A DNA stretch of 64,000 bases from Octopus sinensis (Eukaryota), in contig NC_043002.1 of NCBI RefSeq assembly GCF_006345805.1, positions 33,976,001 through 34,040,000 of the forward strand, given 5' to 3'. Below are positions 50,203 to 63,743 of the stretch, piece by piece. Position numbers and translations under genes: made by a program. Each line of letters opens with the position of its first letter. Positions within the stretch are counted from its first letter, which is position 1. A model generated the notes under the pieces. That model was not told the origin of the DNA and made no database searches. It was given only the letters and a program-made list of their open reading frames with translations.

Positions 50203-50511
50203 TATATTACTACTATTCTGTTACTATAGATGCAAGGACTATATCATTGTACCACTATAGTACTGCTGTTCTATTGCCATAAAAACAAGTGCTATATTAT
50301 TAAAATATTAGTAAACTGGTATATAATTGTATTCCCTCAATAATATGATATTCTTTCTATAATAGTCTTTTCTTATGGAGTAATATTTAACATAGCAGTT
50401 GGTAAATTCCTCCCAAATTTTCATTGAATTAAGAATATTCCCAAACTGATAGCAAAGATAACAATTGTGAAATGGTAGGCAGCAGCCTGAGTGTATTGTT
50501 TGTAATTGCAG

Positions 50512-50644
50512 AAAATAAATATTGGAAGAATTTGGCGTTGGTGCACCTGCTGATGTGTTGTGCTTTCTCTGTCTACCAACTTATCATCCTACATGAAGTC
50601 TACAATGATAAATTCTCCAACCCACTTCGAGTGGAGGAAGGACG
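50512..50644 (+). CDS. TMEM220: TMEM220 coding exon 4 (ENKYWKNLALVHLLMCC...NPLRVEEGR)
   Basis: AATTGCAG acceptor, CG|GTGCGT donor, phase 1/2; conserved W K...H and EEGR. Confidence 0.92.
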
Positions 50645-52089
50645 GTGCGTATTTTCTCCTGTCACAACTGCTTTGCTAACAGAACCTTTCAAATCACCTC
50701 GTGATCTTCTGCATACATACACACATACACTCATTTGCATGCACATGCATACACTCATATGCACACACATATGAATATGCATACACACATGTACACTCAT
50801 GCGTGCACACAAACACATGCACATTTTAAAATTTCTTAGCTGCCCTAGCTGAAATTTTCTCCTCATTCCTGTGTCTCCTTTAAATTTTCTCCTCTCAAAA
50901 ACCCCACACATGCATAAGCCATACATCCACCCTTGTACTAAATCATTGTTGTCCCCAGCAATTGGTACTCCACTCCACTCCCCATCAATGCACCACTCAT
51001 ATACACTCCCCTCTCTTCTTCATCTCATCACTATCTGAACTCCTGAGACAATATAAGTTAAATACCGTCTAAACCATGAAGAACTCTTAAAGGTTATGTC
51101 ACCCACTTATTCCATCATCATCATCATCATTTAGTATGTTTTCCATGCTGGCATGGGTCAGATGGTTTGACTAGAACTGATAAGCCAAGGAACTTGGTTT
51201 CTACAGCTAGATGCCCTTCCTAATGCCAACTACTCTACAGAGTGTAGTGGGTGCTTCTTATGTGTCACCGACATGGGAGTGGAAGATCAAATCTGCCTCT
51301 GATTAAGCATAGCTGTGTTGTTATGTAGTTTGCTTCACAGCCATGAGGTTTTGGCTTCTGTCACATTGTGCAGCATTTTGGGTAAGTGTCTTTATCATAA
51401 CCCCCAGGTTAGCCCAAACTTGGCAGTGAAATTGAGTAGATGGAAATTGTGAATCCCTGTCAGAATTACCATATCTGTCTGCAGCTACACCATGATTATG
51501 CCACCACTTGGCACCTGGTAGTTTTTAGTGGATTTCATTTTGTAGAAAGTATTGAACAGTGTGCCTATTTCCTGTTTCCATTCCCCCGGTCTGGAAGACC
51601 TTCAAAAAAAAAAAAATCAAAAAGTTTGGAGCCTTTCCATCACTGACTGAATCATAAAAGATATCATTTTGTTGATAGACCCCAATTCCATGTAAACAGT
51701 GAGTGTAGAATCATATGTATACAGTGAAGTGCTGGTTACAGATGTGAACTGAAGGTCTGTGAACTAACAGTCCAATATCTTAACTGGTTACACCCAATTT
51801 GATAATGTAGTGTTCATACTCCTACAAAGAGTATATGGGTTTAGGTCTGCTCACTCAGGGTTGACTTTGGGCTAAGCAACAATATCAACAACAAAGTTCA
51901 GAGGTTATCTTCCTTGAACTTCTTCCACTTCACCCACCTTCCCCACCCTTCACACCAAACTCAGTCATAATTTGAAACCTGGTCTATATCTTCTGGTCTC
52001 TTTTACCCACAGTCACATGTCTTCTATCTCACTTCTTGACCTCTAACTCCTTTCCTCACTCTTACCTCTCTTACTCTCATTTAAATTAA

Positions 52090-52610
52090 CCCTTTAGTAT
52101 TCAAATTGTTTGTTCCTTCTCAAGTCATACCTGGCTCATTAGGGCCGGTTTCCCAGTTTCCTTGGCATATAGGTTCTCCACCTGGACGGGACACCGGTCT
52201 GTCGCAGGTGAGCTGCAAGATGCAGGAGGAAAGAATGAGAGAAATTGTGGCGAAAGAGTCAGCAGAAGTTTGCCATTACCTTCTGCCGGGGCCGCATGGA
52301 GCTTAGGTGTTTCGCTCATAAACACACACATCGCCCGGTCTGAGATTTGAACTCGCGATCCCTCGACCGTGAGTCTGCTGTTCTAACCATTAGGCCATGT
52401 ACCTTCACTCCATCAAATGTAATGCTTATTTATTCACATTGTTTTGAATTAATAATGCATTATCTTGTACTTTTGAGATTTCAATGATGTGATTGTTTTA
52501 TTTTTAGAATTACATTGTAAGGTAAGTGCAAGATATTGGATCTGACCAGTTTGAACATAAAACAGACAGAATGTTTTGAGCCTGATACGACCAGTTTAAA
52601 TCCTAAAGGG
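52090..52610. mobile_element. piggyBac-type MITE interrupted by a family D SINE (~52125-52410)
   Basis: TTAA|CCCT...AGGG|TTAA. Confidence 0.7.
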
Positions 52611-53189
52611 TTAAGTGACAAGAAATTTGAAAATCTCTAATTATTCTAGCCAAAGTTACCCCACCCCCACCTAATTCCCCTCTTTCCCAATTTTCTCCAC
52701 CAAAGTCCTTTCACTTCATTAATTTGATTCACCTGCTAGAAACAGTAGCCAAATCTCTTCAAGTTTCCTCTCTTACTCTCTCTCTGAATTATCTATCTTC
52801 TTTCATTTGATATGCAGACATATGTACATATACGCATACTTTCATACACAGGCATGCATCCACACTCATTCTTCTCTCTTGCTCTACTTTACCTAACATC
52901 TTCACTGAAACAACCCCCACTCTTCCATTTCACCTCAACTCACATCTTCACTTACTCTTCCTTTCTCCTTCTCTCCACCTTCTCACTTTTCTCTCCCTTT
53001 GCTCCACATTTCTTGATTCACATTTTATACCCACACACCTCTGTTCCATTCCACTCCATCTCTGCACATTCTCATTCACACACCTCACAATCTCACCCTT
53101 TCCTCATCTTTCTTCACTTCTCATCGCCCCCCCCCCCCTCCTTATCCATTGGCTCTTTCTCTAAACCATGTTTTTTGTTATATTTACAG

Positions 53190-53255
53190 AGAATTTGTTG
53201 GTCTTGCCATAATAGTTTTCTGGTTGTCTGTGTGTCGTTTCATGTCCCTGCCCAG
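53190..53255 (+). CDS. TMEM220: TMEM220 coding exon 5 (REFVGLAIIVFWLSVCRFMSLP)
   Basis: TATTTACAG acceptor, CAG|GTAATA donor, phase 2/2; completes EEGRE..GL.I. Confidence 0.92.
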
Positions 53256-54326
53256 GTAATATACTATACAGTACGTACTTTTTTTTATCATTGATCATGT
53301 TTCACTTGCCCATAGCTACATGTTGATGGGGTAACTATCCTACATGTGGTTATAGCAGCGGGACATAGTTGTACAGGTAACGACAGCAACAAAATGTGCC
53401 ACTTGTGTGTTTCTTTCCTCTTACTTTTCACATATGTTTGTTTTGTAGGTGATCTTTGTACAACTTATGATGATGTGAAGTGGACAGTTTTGTGTTCTTC
53501 ATAGTCTGTGATAGAGGTATTAGAGCCCTAGGCTGGGTCTAGGCATATTCCATGATGGATTTATGTTATTGTCTGTGTATCATTGTTGTTGTGTCTTTTT
53601 GTTACCCAAATGTAGTACCTGGGATTGCTCTGGATATGTTTGTGTTTTGTTTTGCTTTCTTTAGTATGTTTTATGTGGTGTGAATGTTTGGTTGTGCAGT
53701 ATGTAACTTCAAGTATTTTTGTCTTCAATGCATGTTAATGTTATTGAGTGGTATGCATTTGTTAAGCTGCACCATTGTCAATAATCATTGGAGAGCTGAA
53801 GAAGATCAGATGAAGAGCAGTCGAAGGAAGTGGAGGTGTGTGGCTTAGTGGTAAGGGTGTTGAACTCCTAATTGTAAGATTGTGGTTTCGATTTCTGGAC
53901 TGTGTGACACATATTCTTGAACAGTCAGCATCTACATTCTGTCTGTCTATCTATCAAACTAATATGTTTATTGGATATGTAAATATTGTCTATATATCTA
54001 GTCAAGCATCTGCACTTGTATTTATCCAGTTAGCATCTACACATCATATCTATCTACCTATCCAGTAAATGCTATCAACATGTACACAGTGTTATTGTTT
54101 TTATCTTAGACATGATGAGTGACTATATTTGAATTGAATTGATTTTATTGTTATCAATTTGAAATTATAGCCACGAAACATGTGTAGTCTAATAATTATA
54201 TACTATTTATTATTTAGTACTTTATTTAGTTTTAGGTAAATGTTTTATCGTATCTTTAATTTTTTTTCTATATGGTATGATTTAAGTATATCATTATTGA
54301 ATTGCTTCATGGTGGTTCTTCTCTAA

Positions 54327-54358
<32 letters not shown>

Positions 54359-54987
54359 CGGACATGCAAAGACTTGACGGAAATGAAGCCAGCATGCTTC
54401 AATGGATAGGTAATGTCAGTGTGCACATACGACAGAGTGTAAATGATTTGAGAGCAAAACTAGGTATACATAGCATTAGATGTAATGTGCTGGTATGGCC
54501 TTGAAATGTAGTTAGAATGCACCCAGTCCACTCTGTAAAGTAGTTGGCATTAGGAAGGGCATCCAGTCGTGAATACCATGCCAAAACAGACAGTGGAACT
54601 TGGTGTAGACCTCTGGCTTGCCAGCTCCTGTCAAGCCATCCAACCCATATCAGCATGGAAAACATGTTAAATGATGTTGATGATGATGATGATGATAGTA
54701 CATACACTGTGTCTATCTGTTCGGTCAATATCTACATACAATGTCAATCAAAGTAGTATTTACACACTGTGTCTATCTGCCTTTTTGTTCAGTTGATGAT
54801 GTCTCCCTGTCTGTTTGTTCAGTTGTTGTCTACACAATGTGTAGATATTGAATGGATCATTCAATATCTACATACCATGTCTGTCTATTCAGATACACTG
54901 TTTTTTATTCATCATCATGTAGTTATGAAAGAAAATCTGTTTTTATATCCAATCATTGATATGATATTTTTATTGTCTTTTTTTCAG

Positions 54988-55129
54988 CCTCAGTGGACAG
55001 AGAACCATAAAGGTGTTGTTTCTTTTATCTGTTGGTGTATCCTTGGTACCCCTGTTTTCCTGGGCACTCTGCTATGTTGGCAACTGGCACCAGATCTTAG
55101 GGCACTGCAAAGGAATGTTTCAATCTTGA
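54988..55129 (+). CDS. TMEM220: TMEM220 last coding exon (SLSGQRTIK...PLFSW...LGHCKGMFQS*)
   Basis: TTTTTTCAG acceptor, phase 2, TGA at 55127-55129; C-terminal P..SW and HCK as recalled for the family. Confidence 0.92.
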
Positions 55130-56090
55130 TTGATCACTTGGCTGATCTGCTTGGAATAGGACCAATCATATACCAGTTACGTGGGATTTCTATGTGAACT
55201 TCAACAACAAAAAAGCTTCTCTCTATACCTGAAACCTCTGTGATATACGATATATTTACATTACATCCATTGACCATGTTCAAGTGACATACCATGGTAC
55301 AGTGGTGTGTTCTCTCTAAGCCTTGTCTCTGACACAGTGTCAGTTCCTACTTAGAACCACATCATTTCATTTATAGAGTAAAAAATTCATAAACCTCACC
55401 ACTACTATTTTACACACCATTTTAAAATATAGGCTTCCTATATACATATATGAACAAAAATGATTATTAACAATCAGAAAATAGACTTTGTGCAGCTTGA
55501 ACTCACAAACTTTTAGTTCACATAGGCTAAAATTTAATCATCTGTGGAATAAGTATTTAAACTTCATATGAAGGTTCAGTCTTTAGCCAAATATGTCTAT
55601 ATATTAATTTCTTATACGCACATAGATACAGGTTTTACTATATATGTGTGTGATGGTAGTGGGGTTGGGAGATAATTATGTATGGACTTCATACCTCTCT
55701 TTAGAGCTTTAGTGGGTGATTTTTGGTGGAGGAAAGGTATCTGGAACCTCTTTAAGGGAGTGTTCATGTTGTTGGGTGGTAGACTCAATTCATTGTTTGA
55801 CACCAGCATCAAACCATCAAGCCAAGTCAATGGTTTAAAGATAATTCACTCCTTCCTGCCATCAGTCTCAGTGACCACCCAAAAGAGTCATGATTTCCTC
55901 TCTGCATAAACCATTAAAGAAACAAACTAATGACAAAGTAATTGCAAGTTTGTAAAAAAAATGTTATGGTAGACATATGAAATGTATGTCTGTTAAAACT
56001 ATGAGAATAAAGTGGGCAAATGAAATCAAGTCGTTAATTGGATACCTATAGTTTAACAACAACACTCGTTACACATAGTGTACAGATTAA

Positions 56091-56312
56091 CCCTGTAAAT
56101 TATTCAGATTAATTTATCAAATGTAATGCTTATTTATTAACATTTTAAAAAATTAATCATGCTGTATCTTGTTACTTCAAGATTTTGAAGATGTGATCGT
56201 TTAAGTTTAGAATGACATTGTAGGGTAGGTATGTGAGGCTGAATCCAGCCAGTTTCAGCATAAAGCAGGTAGAATATCTGGGCCGGTAATGGCTGGTTTA
56301 AATGTTAAAGGG
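56091..56312. mobile_element. piggyBac-type MITE
   Basis: TTAA|CCCT...AGGG|TTAA; same family as ~25010-25190 and 52090-52610. Confidence 0.75.
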
Positions 56313-58074
56313 TTAAGCAATAATAATGAAATGCCTGAAGATGATTGTATGTGTAACCAGTTGAAATTTATAACATAGCACAACAATGTTACAAGGATAT
56401 GTCTAATATGAAACCTCATGAATCTGTTGCATTAAAACTATAAGTTATGAACTTCAAGTTGTTGATAGTAGATTAGAGTTTCACAATTAAAACTGATGGC
56501 TATGACTAATACTTAAGACATGTAAGTATAATACTACTATTTATGACTTGTAATTGAAATGCACTGTTATGATCAGTCACTACACTAACATTCCGAACTT
56601 ATTGTTTGATTGACACTGAAAGAATTTAGATGACTTTGCTGATACTGAAGACTGAAAAGCTGAGAAAATGTAATAGTTTCTTTCCTTAAGAAAATGTAAT
56701 AGTTTCATTCCCTGGTCAAATCCATTTCATTTCATTTACACTAATTAAGCTTTTGCAAAAGGTATAAATATTAGAACTCACATTTCTCATGCCCACAAAA
56801 TATATGTCATTAGATTAATATTTAAAATCAGTATATAAAATCAATAATCTTATGCATAGATTATAATCCCATGATAATTCTTCCACATCACAGTATAATC
56901 AAATTTGAGTCAATCTATTCAACAGTCAGGTGTTTATATATTTCTATACAAAACCCCACTCTGACTGAAATTGAACTATTTTTTTTTCAAATTCGTTTCC
57001 ATAGAAAATATTTTCTTGTTTAAAATTGAGACACTTGATAATCATGTTAAGACTGACCAAACCACTCTTCGATTAGAATTTCAACAAATTTTGAAACAAA
57101 ATAGAAACTGCCTTAAAATTCCAATAAATGTTCTAAGTTCTGGAACTCTAATGCTGATTTTCTGATTTTAACTTGATGAGTTTCCATTCCATATCTTGAA
57201 ATAAGGTTCCAGAGCTGAAGAAATCAGCAAATATTCCTCAGTTGATATAATCCCAGTATATCCTCAATATATTCCTTGTGATAATGACATATGCATTATA
57301 AAATTGAAGAAATAAATGTATTTATCTGCAAATATTTTTGCTCTTGTTTCAGTTGTTTTACTTCTTGTTTAAAGCCAAGCACTTTTATTACATAAAATCT
57401 CTATCTGTTTCTCTCACAGTCTGGGACTATACAACAACAAACTGTCTCTTCCATTAGAGTAGTAGAATGGATAGAAGTGTGGTTGCAGGTGAGATTAAAA
57501 GCAACACAGCATGTAGCAATTTTAATCGCAGTTGGGAGTAAAAGAACTCAAGGGTTAAGAATATGGCTGTAGCTGGGATCAAAAACTATAAAATGATTAA
57601 TAGATATCATAAAATATGGCAAGGAGCAAAATGACATAAGATACATGAGTATTGTAATTTGATTGAAGCATTGCAATGTCTGTAAAAAATCTTTTGAGCA
57701 ATGCAGATTATAAGTTATGCAAAATATGTTAAGTGATGTCAATGAATTAAAACAGAGAAAAGATATTGTATTAAGTTACATAGGTTCTTTTTAATGATCC
57801 TATAATATGTTGGGAAACATTCCTTTGTTCAAATATAAGAAAGAAAATAATCAAAGAGTACAGAATAATGTGTTACCAATAGTCCATTCTAATGTGTTGT
57901 GAGCTCTTTCACAATATAATATAGAATTTTTAAACATCTTATTAAAGTAATGTCTTTGTCTTTGTTTTCATTTAACATCACCTTACATATTTTTTCTAAC
58001 TTCTCACATACATTGCTCAAAGGCCTTTTCAAACATTTATATAATACAAGATGTTCTTTTTTAAGTCAATTAAA

Positions 58075-58270
58075 TTTAGTACTTAGCCAAAAGAAAAACC
58101 TCTGTACTTGGCTTTTGTTTACAAGGAGAAAGCCTTTGACAGGGTACCTCGCTCAACTTATCTGGTGGTCAAAGCGGAAGCTAAGGATAGATGAGTGGCT
58201 CATGAGAGCCGTATAAGCAATGTAAAGGGATACTGTCATTAAGGTGAAAGTTAGCAATGAGTATAGCTAC
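58075..58270 (+). mobile_element. RTE reverse transcriptase fragment
   Basis: LYLAFVYKEKAFDRVP..IWWSKRKLRIDEWLMRAV. Confidence 0.8.
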
Positions 58271-58446
58271 GAATCTAGCATGCAGTAGTAAGTAAATAGA
58301 CTAAAACCGAATGCATCATACCTCTAAATAAGTTGAATATAAAAGATAATAACAGAATGTAGTGGAATATATTAAGTAGAATAATTAATTGTGGAATAAG
58401 TACATGTACAAATACTTATAGCATAAATGTATCATATGTATGTATG

Positions 58447-58507
<61 letters not shown>

Positions 58508-58697
58508 GAGAAAATAGAAGAAAATGGGGAAATTAACCTATAGAGATCAGTTTATTCAAAGATTCTTTTCTCATTCATAAATATTTAAATACCAATACAC
58601 ATCAATGCTAAACTAAAGTATATAGTTTTCACTGAATACTGGTATAAACTGGAGAACTAGGATGCAAATATCCCTTAAACCCTTGGCATATATATAT

Positions 58698-58987
58698 ATC
58701 ACGTGATCATGTGACCGACCAGACCATCAGATGTTGTTACACATCGCTGGTCACAATGCGTTCGCATTGTTTTAGCCTTTGAATGACGCCACCCGCTAGC
58801 TAAGCGAGCAGGCCAACAGACGAAAGAGTGAGAGAAAGAGTGGTGAAAGAGTACAGCAGGGATCACCACCCCCTGCCGGAGCGTCGTGGAGCTTTTAGGT
58901 GTTTTCGCTCAATAAACACACAACGCCCGGTCTGGGAATCGAAACCGCGAGTCCGCTACCCTAACCACTGGGCCATTGCGCCTCCAC
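58698..58987 (-). mobile_element. tRNA-derived SINE related to family D, CpG-rich copy
   Basis: Minus-strand head GTGGAGGCGCAATGGCCCAGTGGTTAGG...GGTTTCGATTCCC. Confidence 0.8.
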
Positions 58988-59548
58988 ATACATACATACA
59001 TACATATATATATATATGTATATGTCCTTCACCTAACAGCTTAGACATACTGTCACTAACAACATGCTGTATTAAAACCAAATGAAACAGAGTTCATTTA
59101 ACGAGATACCCCTTATAACATCACCTGAGGAGATGCCTCTGCACCGAGAGATGCACCACAACTAGTTGTACAGTATCCCACCCATGAAGGATCGATGTAA
59201 GATACATCGAAAAGATTGTTGTGAACAATAAAGTTCCTCTTGTATTCCATTTTATGTCTCTATCATTATATACTCAATGCACACTGAGGAATTTCCGATG
59301 GAGATCTAGCGATAATTGTATTAATACCGTGAATTATGTCAGTGAACGTGCTTCATTGGCTGACTACTAGGAACATACCCAACACTTAAATATCTACTTA
59401 TATATCGTTTTTAACAAGGAGACTCGAAGTAGGCAAAGTTACAAATAATAACACATAAATAAAATATTGGGTTAAAAGACTCTTCGATGGGAAAAATCGG
59501 GAACTGCCCGTGAAATTTGAAGCCATATCAGTAAACATAACAGACGTC

Positions 59549-60961
59549 CTACCATTGTACAAAAGCAATCGTTTTCTTAACCCAATATCTCCATGCTGTT
59601 ATTTCAAGCATAGATGTCTTATCATTTTTGGTTCTAATAAAATTGGTAAGAGGAATTATTTGTTGTGGAGTTGATGCCTTATGTTTCTTGGCTTCACAGT
59701 GGCTTACTAAAAGAGAATATTTTGCCAACATATTACATCTCCAATATCTACAATGTGCTTTAGATTGGTCACTAGGTACTTCACACAACCACTTAGTAAA
59801 CACTGGTATCTTAAGCCATTCCTTTCGGAATTTTTTCTGGTACAATTTTGTTTTTACTCATTATAATGTAATGGGAAGCAAGTTAATAAACTGAATGTTT
59901 AATAAAAATATAAAATTGAAAACACAACTTATCAGTTTGCCGCTAACAATTCTTTCATTCGTCATTAACAATTCTTATGTTTGCTGCTTACAAATTCTTG
60001 AGGTGAAGAATACTGATTCAGGATGCAGGGTGGCCAACTTATAAATGGAAAAGTAAAATCTGCAGAAATCTTAAAACTGATATAAACCTGGGAACATCAT
60101 ATTTCGCTTCCAATCTTACATTTAATATCTAAATATAACTGCAATACTTGAAAAAAAAAAGTAAGTAGAAATATATATTTCTTTACTACCCACAAGGGGC
60201 TAAACACAGAGGGGACAAACAAACGGATTAAGTCGATTACGTCGATCCCCAGTGCGTAACTGGTACTTAATTTATCGACCCCGAAAGGATGAAAGGCAAA
60301 GTCGACCTCGGCGGAATTTGAACTCAGAACGTAACGGCAGACGAAATACGGATACGCATTTCGCCCGGCGTGCTAACGATTCTGCCAGTAAGTAGAAATA
60401 TAAAGGGGGAGACCCTGCCACCCCTGTACTTCTATACAAGATATATAATCCAAAACAAGCATGAAAAACACAGGCCTATTTTAAAACAGTCAAACTGAAA
60501 GTAAATCAGTCAACCTGTCGTGATAAAAACTCATCACTACAGAATAAAGCATTGTTAAGGTGAATTTCCATGCTTCATTCTTTGCAACATATTTACATTA
60601 TTGAGTAGTGAGCTCAGGAGCTGACATGAGTTATCTTCTCCCTTTACCTCTGAAGCAAAGTCGGGGAAGGGGCTGGAAAAGATCATAACTTGATAAACTT
60701 CCTTTTGATAAACTTTCATTTGAAGTTTAAGTGAAAGAAAATTTCAACAATAGCCAATAGAACTAAAATTTGGCTATAAGATATATTAACAAAAGTAGAA
60801 AAGGAAGAAAAAGAAGAAAAAAGGGTAACTATTGTGGAAATGCTAAATAAAATTTTAAATCTGCTATTTTCCCTGCTAAATGCTAGATTCAAAAATTTTC
60901 TGCTAAAAGCTGAAAAAGAAATGCTAGATCTAGCATAAAACATGCTACATTGGCAACCCTG
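59549..60961 (-). mobile_element. hAT-type transposon 5' relic (N-terminal zinc finger)
   Basis: YQKKFRKEW...F.KWL..V..D..KAHC..W....LAK...L..H....KH at 59549-59845; CAGGGTTGCCAA terminus on the minus strand at 60950-60961. Linking the two is inference. Confidence 0.5.
60176..60386 (-). mobile_element. SINE family A with 16-bp TSD
   Basis: AGTAAGTAGAAATATA at 60160-60175 and 60387-60402. Confidence 0.9.
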
Positions 60962-61125
60962 GACAAATATCTTAAAAGTAAATAGACATTCCATATTATA
61001 TTGTTTTATCTGGGCGAACACTATTCGATGCTTCAAACTTGTTAATGTATTATGCACATGACATGACTACTAAGTACTAGATTAAGTATAGAAATGACGT
61101 TATTTCTAGAAATAAATCTTCCAGA

Positions 61126-61126
61126 G

Positions 61127-61198
<72 letters not shown>

Positions 61199-61308
61199 GT
61201 CTGTCTGTCTGTCTGTCTGTCTATTTATCTATCTATCTATGTCTATCTGTCTGCTTGCCTGTCTATCTATCCCTCTATCTATGAATCAATCAATCTATCT
61301 ATCTATCT

Positions 61309-61344
<36 letters not shown>

Positions 61345-61390
61345 CATTCACACGCACGCACGCACACATACATACATACATACATACATA
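61126..61390. repeat. Compound (TATC)n/(TGTC)n/(CATA)n microsatellite
   Basis: Direct repeat runs. Confidence 0.95.
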
Positions 61391-61800
61391 ACATCTTTTA
61401 ACCACCAAGAATCGAAGTGCATCCCTTGACCAAGTGTGCATAGATGAGGCTGATAACATCCTAAGACTTGGAAGCCAGCTCCTTGAGCAACACTCTTTGT
61501 CTGATAACCTAGAATACATGCCCAAAGAAGTCGCACGACTCTACCGCAACGTATCATCGGATGAAAGGATGAGCATATATGAGCAGAAAACTATGCATTG
61601 ACATGTTAGTAGAAAGCTCCGAGAAGATAGTAACATCGATCATCAAAGCAGTTTATCATGGACCAATAATCGGATTACTACTTCCCACTTTGAAGGGTAT
61701 GCGTTTGCAATCCAGGAACAGGAAATATCAACCAAGTACCTGATGCACAAAAGGGACAGAGCAGTAGGAAAAGCAGTAAAATGTGACAACCGATGCAGAC
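61390..61800 (+). mobile_element. R4/Dong-type LINE internal fragment (post-RT region)
   Basis: FEGYAFAIQEQEISTKY...KCDNRCRL, matching the EG...AIQ.Q...CRLC region. Confidence 0.75.
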
Positions 61801-63001
61801 TTCTTCGAATTTAAGAAGGTGAACAGGAGCATTATCCAGGATGATGAGGGCCTTCAGTGGAAGATCGTTCTCCAGATCGCACTTTTTTACTGCTGGCCCG
61901 AAGATAAGTTTGGCCCGCACGGTGAAGAATTGCCTGGTGATCCAGGCTTTAATGTTTGCCTTCCACATCATCTGCAGTTTCTCCTTCAAGATTTTGTGCA
62001 ACTTGAACGCTCGAAATGGTAGACGAGGAGTGGCTTAATCTTCAAGTCTCCATACGCATTGGTACAGTTAGCCTATCTTTCATATGCTTGTGGCTTGGCG
62101 TTTTCTCCTCTCCAGTTACGTAGGTTCTTCTGGGCTATTTGTTTTTTTTTTCCCCAAAATGGTCAGTTTCATCACAGTTGAATATCTGTTGTGCGATGTA
62201 CCCCTCGGCTGCGATGAGCTGACGGAATTCATGCACGAAATTCTCAGCTGCCTTCTTGTTAGAACTCGCTGCTTCTCCATACCTGACGACGCTATGAATA
62301 CCAGTTTTCTTCTTGAAATTATCGAACCAGCTGCAACTCTTCTGATGTCTTCTGCGTCGATGTTCCAGGGTTCTGCTTCAGGATATCCCCATTCAACGCT
62401 TGTGCTTTCTCGGATATTATGGTCACCATTATCGTATCCCCTGCGAGTTGCTTCTCGTTGATCCACAGGAGAAGCACGTTTTCAATTTCTTCGTGGATAG
62501 ATGTGCGTTTGCGTAGAAAAGCCTGGAGATACCCTTTGCTGTTGAAATGGCCTTGGTCTCGTCTTTTATTGTTTCAAGATGCTGCAGATCGTCAACGTGC
62601 TTCGGTCGTATTGGGTACTATGTCCACTACACGTACTCCTCTCCTATGTTTATCAATGATTTCCTTCTTCAATCCTATCGTAATCAGCTTTTTCTTCTTC
62701 TCAGCACTGTCCTTTGCACTAACCTTCTTAGGACATATGGCTAACACAACTAATTATTATAAACTAATCGCAAACGTGCACAAAACTAAAACAAACAAAC
62801 AAACAAAAAACACTGGAAACAACACAACAGGGATGCTGCGACAACGAAATAAACACGTGAACTGAGCAAGCAAAGGCTGCGCATGTTGGGAGCGCGTGTG
62901 CGAGCTCAGCGCCAACTTGCGGTCGCTTGTATGAAACTTGTACTGCGGATTTCCACACGTACTTCATGACAAAAATTACTCGTACCGCGAGGGTTCTACT
63001 G
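61800..63001 (-). mobile_element. Tigger/pogo transposon, 5' TIR plus truncated transposase pseudogene
   Basis: TA|CAGTAGAACCCTCG terminus at 63001; PKKVSAKDSAEKKKKLITI, CENP-B-type LLLWINEKQLAGD, KAWITRQ.F...FGPAVKK, LILDNAP.H-type motifs. Confidence 0.9.
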
Positions 63002-63024
63002 TATGTATAAATGTATATATATAT

Positions 63025-63092
<68 letters not shown>

Positions 63093-63300
63093 AGATAATG
63101 GTGTCATTGAGACCCAAAGGTGTCAGGTAATGCTGAATAAGTGCTATAGACAGACCATAGTTAAGTTCCAGATTCGGTAATATTGTGAATAAAGGGTTCA
63201 ACGTTGGTTCTATGTCAGCGTGTGTATATAAGAATTTTTTGCGTAATAAGATAAAAAAAACCCATGGCTCTGTAGATATTAGAGCATTTATAGATAGAAA

Positions 63301-63352
63301 GTCATACAACTGTTTCCAGAATATTTATTAATTATATCCCTTCATCGGAGAC
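63301..63352 (-). ncRNA. Hammerhead motif, CCGAUGA variant
   Basis: GUCU-CCGAUGA-stem II-GAAAC-AGUU-GUA-UGAC. Confidence 0.45.
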
Positions 63353-63691
63353 AGTATGAAAGGATAGTTAAGTCATAGTTAGTTTAGATGTGATACAAAA
63401 TAGAGAGTGAGGTGGAGGAAAGAAAATAGATGCAAGATGTGTATGGGTATTGAAGTTGTAAATCCATTTTTAGGCATAATGGTATATATGCAATGTTCCA
63501 ATATCCTATGAGTAAAGTCCAAAAGTCCAACAGAGTTTAAAATGATATTGGAATATACCATTATGCCTAAAAAGTGGATATTGGAATATTGCAATACCCA
63601 TACATATCTTGCATCTATTTTCTTTCCTCCACCTCACTCTCTATTTTGTATCACATCTAAACTAACTATGACTTAACTAACCTCTCACACC

Positions 63692-63743
63692 GTCTCCGAT
63701 GAAGGGATATAATAAATAAATATCCTGGAAACAGCCGTAAGAC
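63692..63743 (+). ncRNA. Hammerhead motif, CCGAUGA variant
   Basis: GUCU-CCGAUGA-stem II (AGGGAUA...UAUCCU)-GAAAC-AGCC-GUA-AGAC. Confidence 0.5.

Noticed and set aside
52812-53294. 160-aa ORF upstream of exon 5
   Set aside because: CT-rich low-complexity intron; the real exon is in another frame.
54769-55197. 142-aa ORF overlapping the last exon
   Set aside because: Alternative frame; the TMEM220 frame is fixed by splice phase and homology.
60026-60961. CAGGGTGGCCAAC / TTGGCAACCCTG as TIR pair of one MITE
   Set aside because: Flanking 8-mers (TCAGGATG vs GACAAATA) do not match, so pairing is unsupported.
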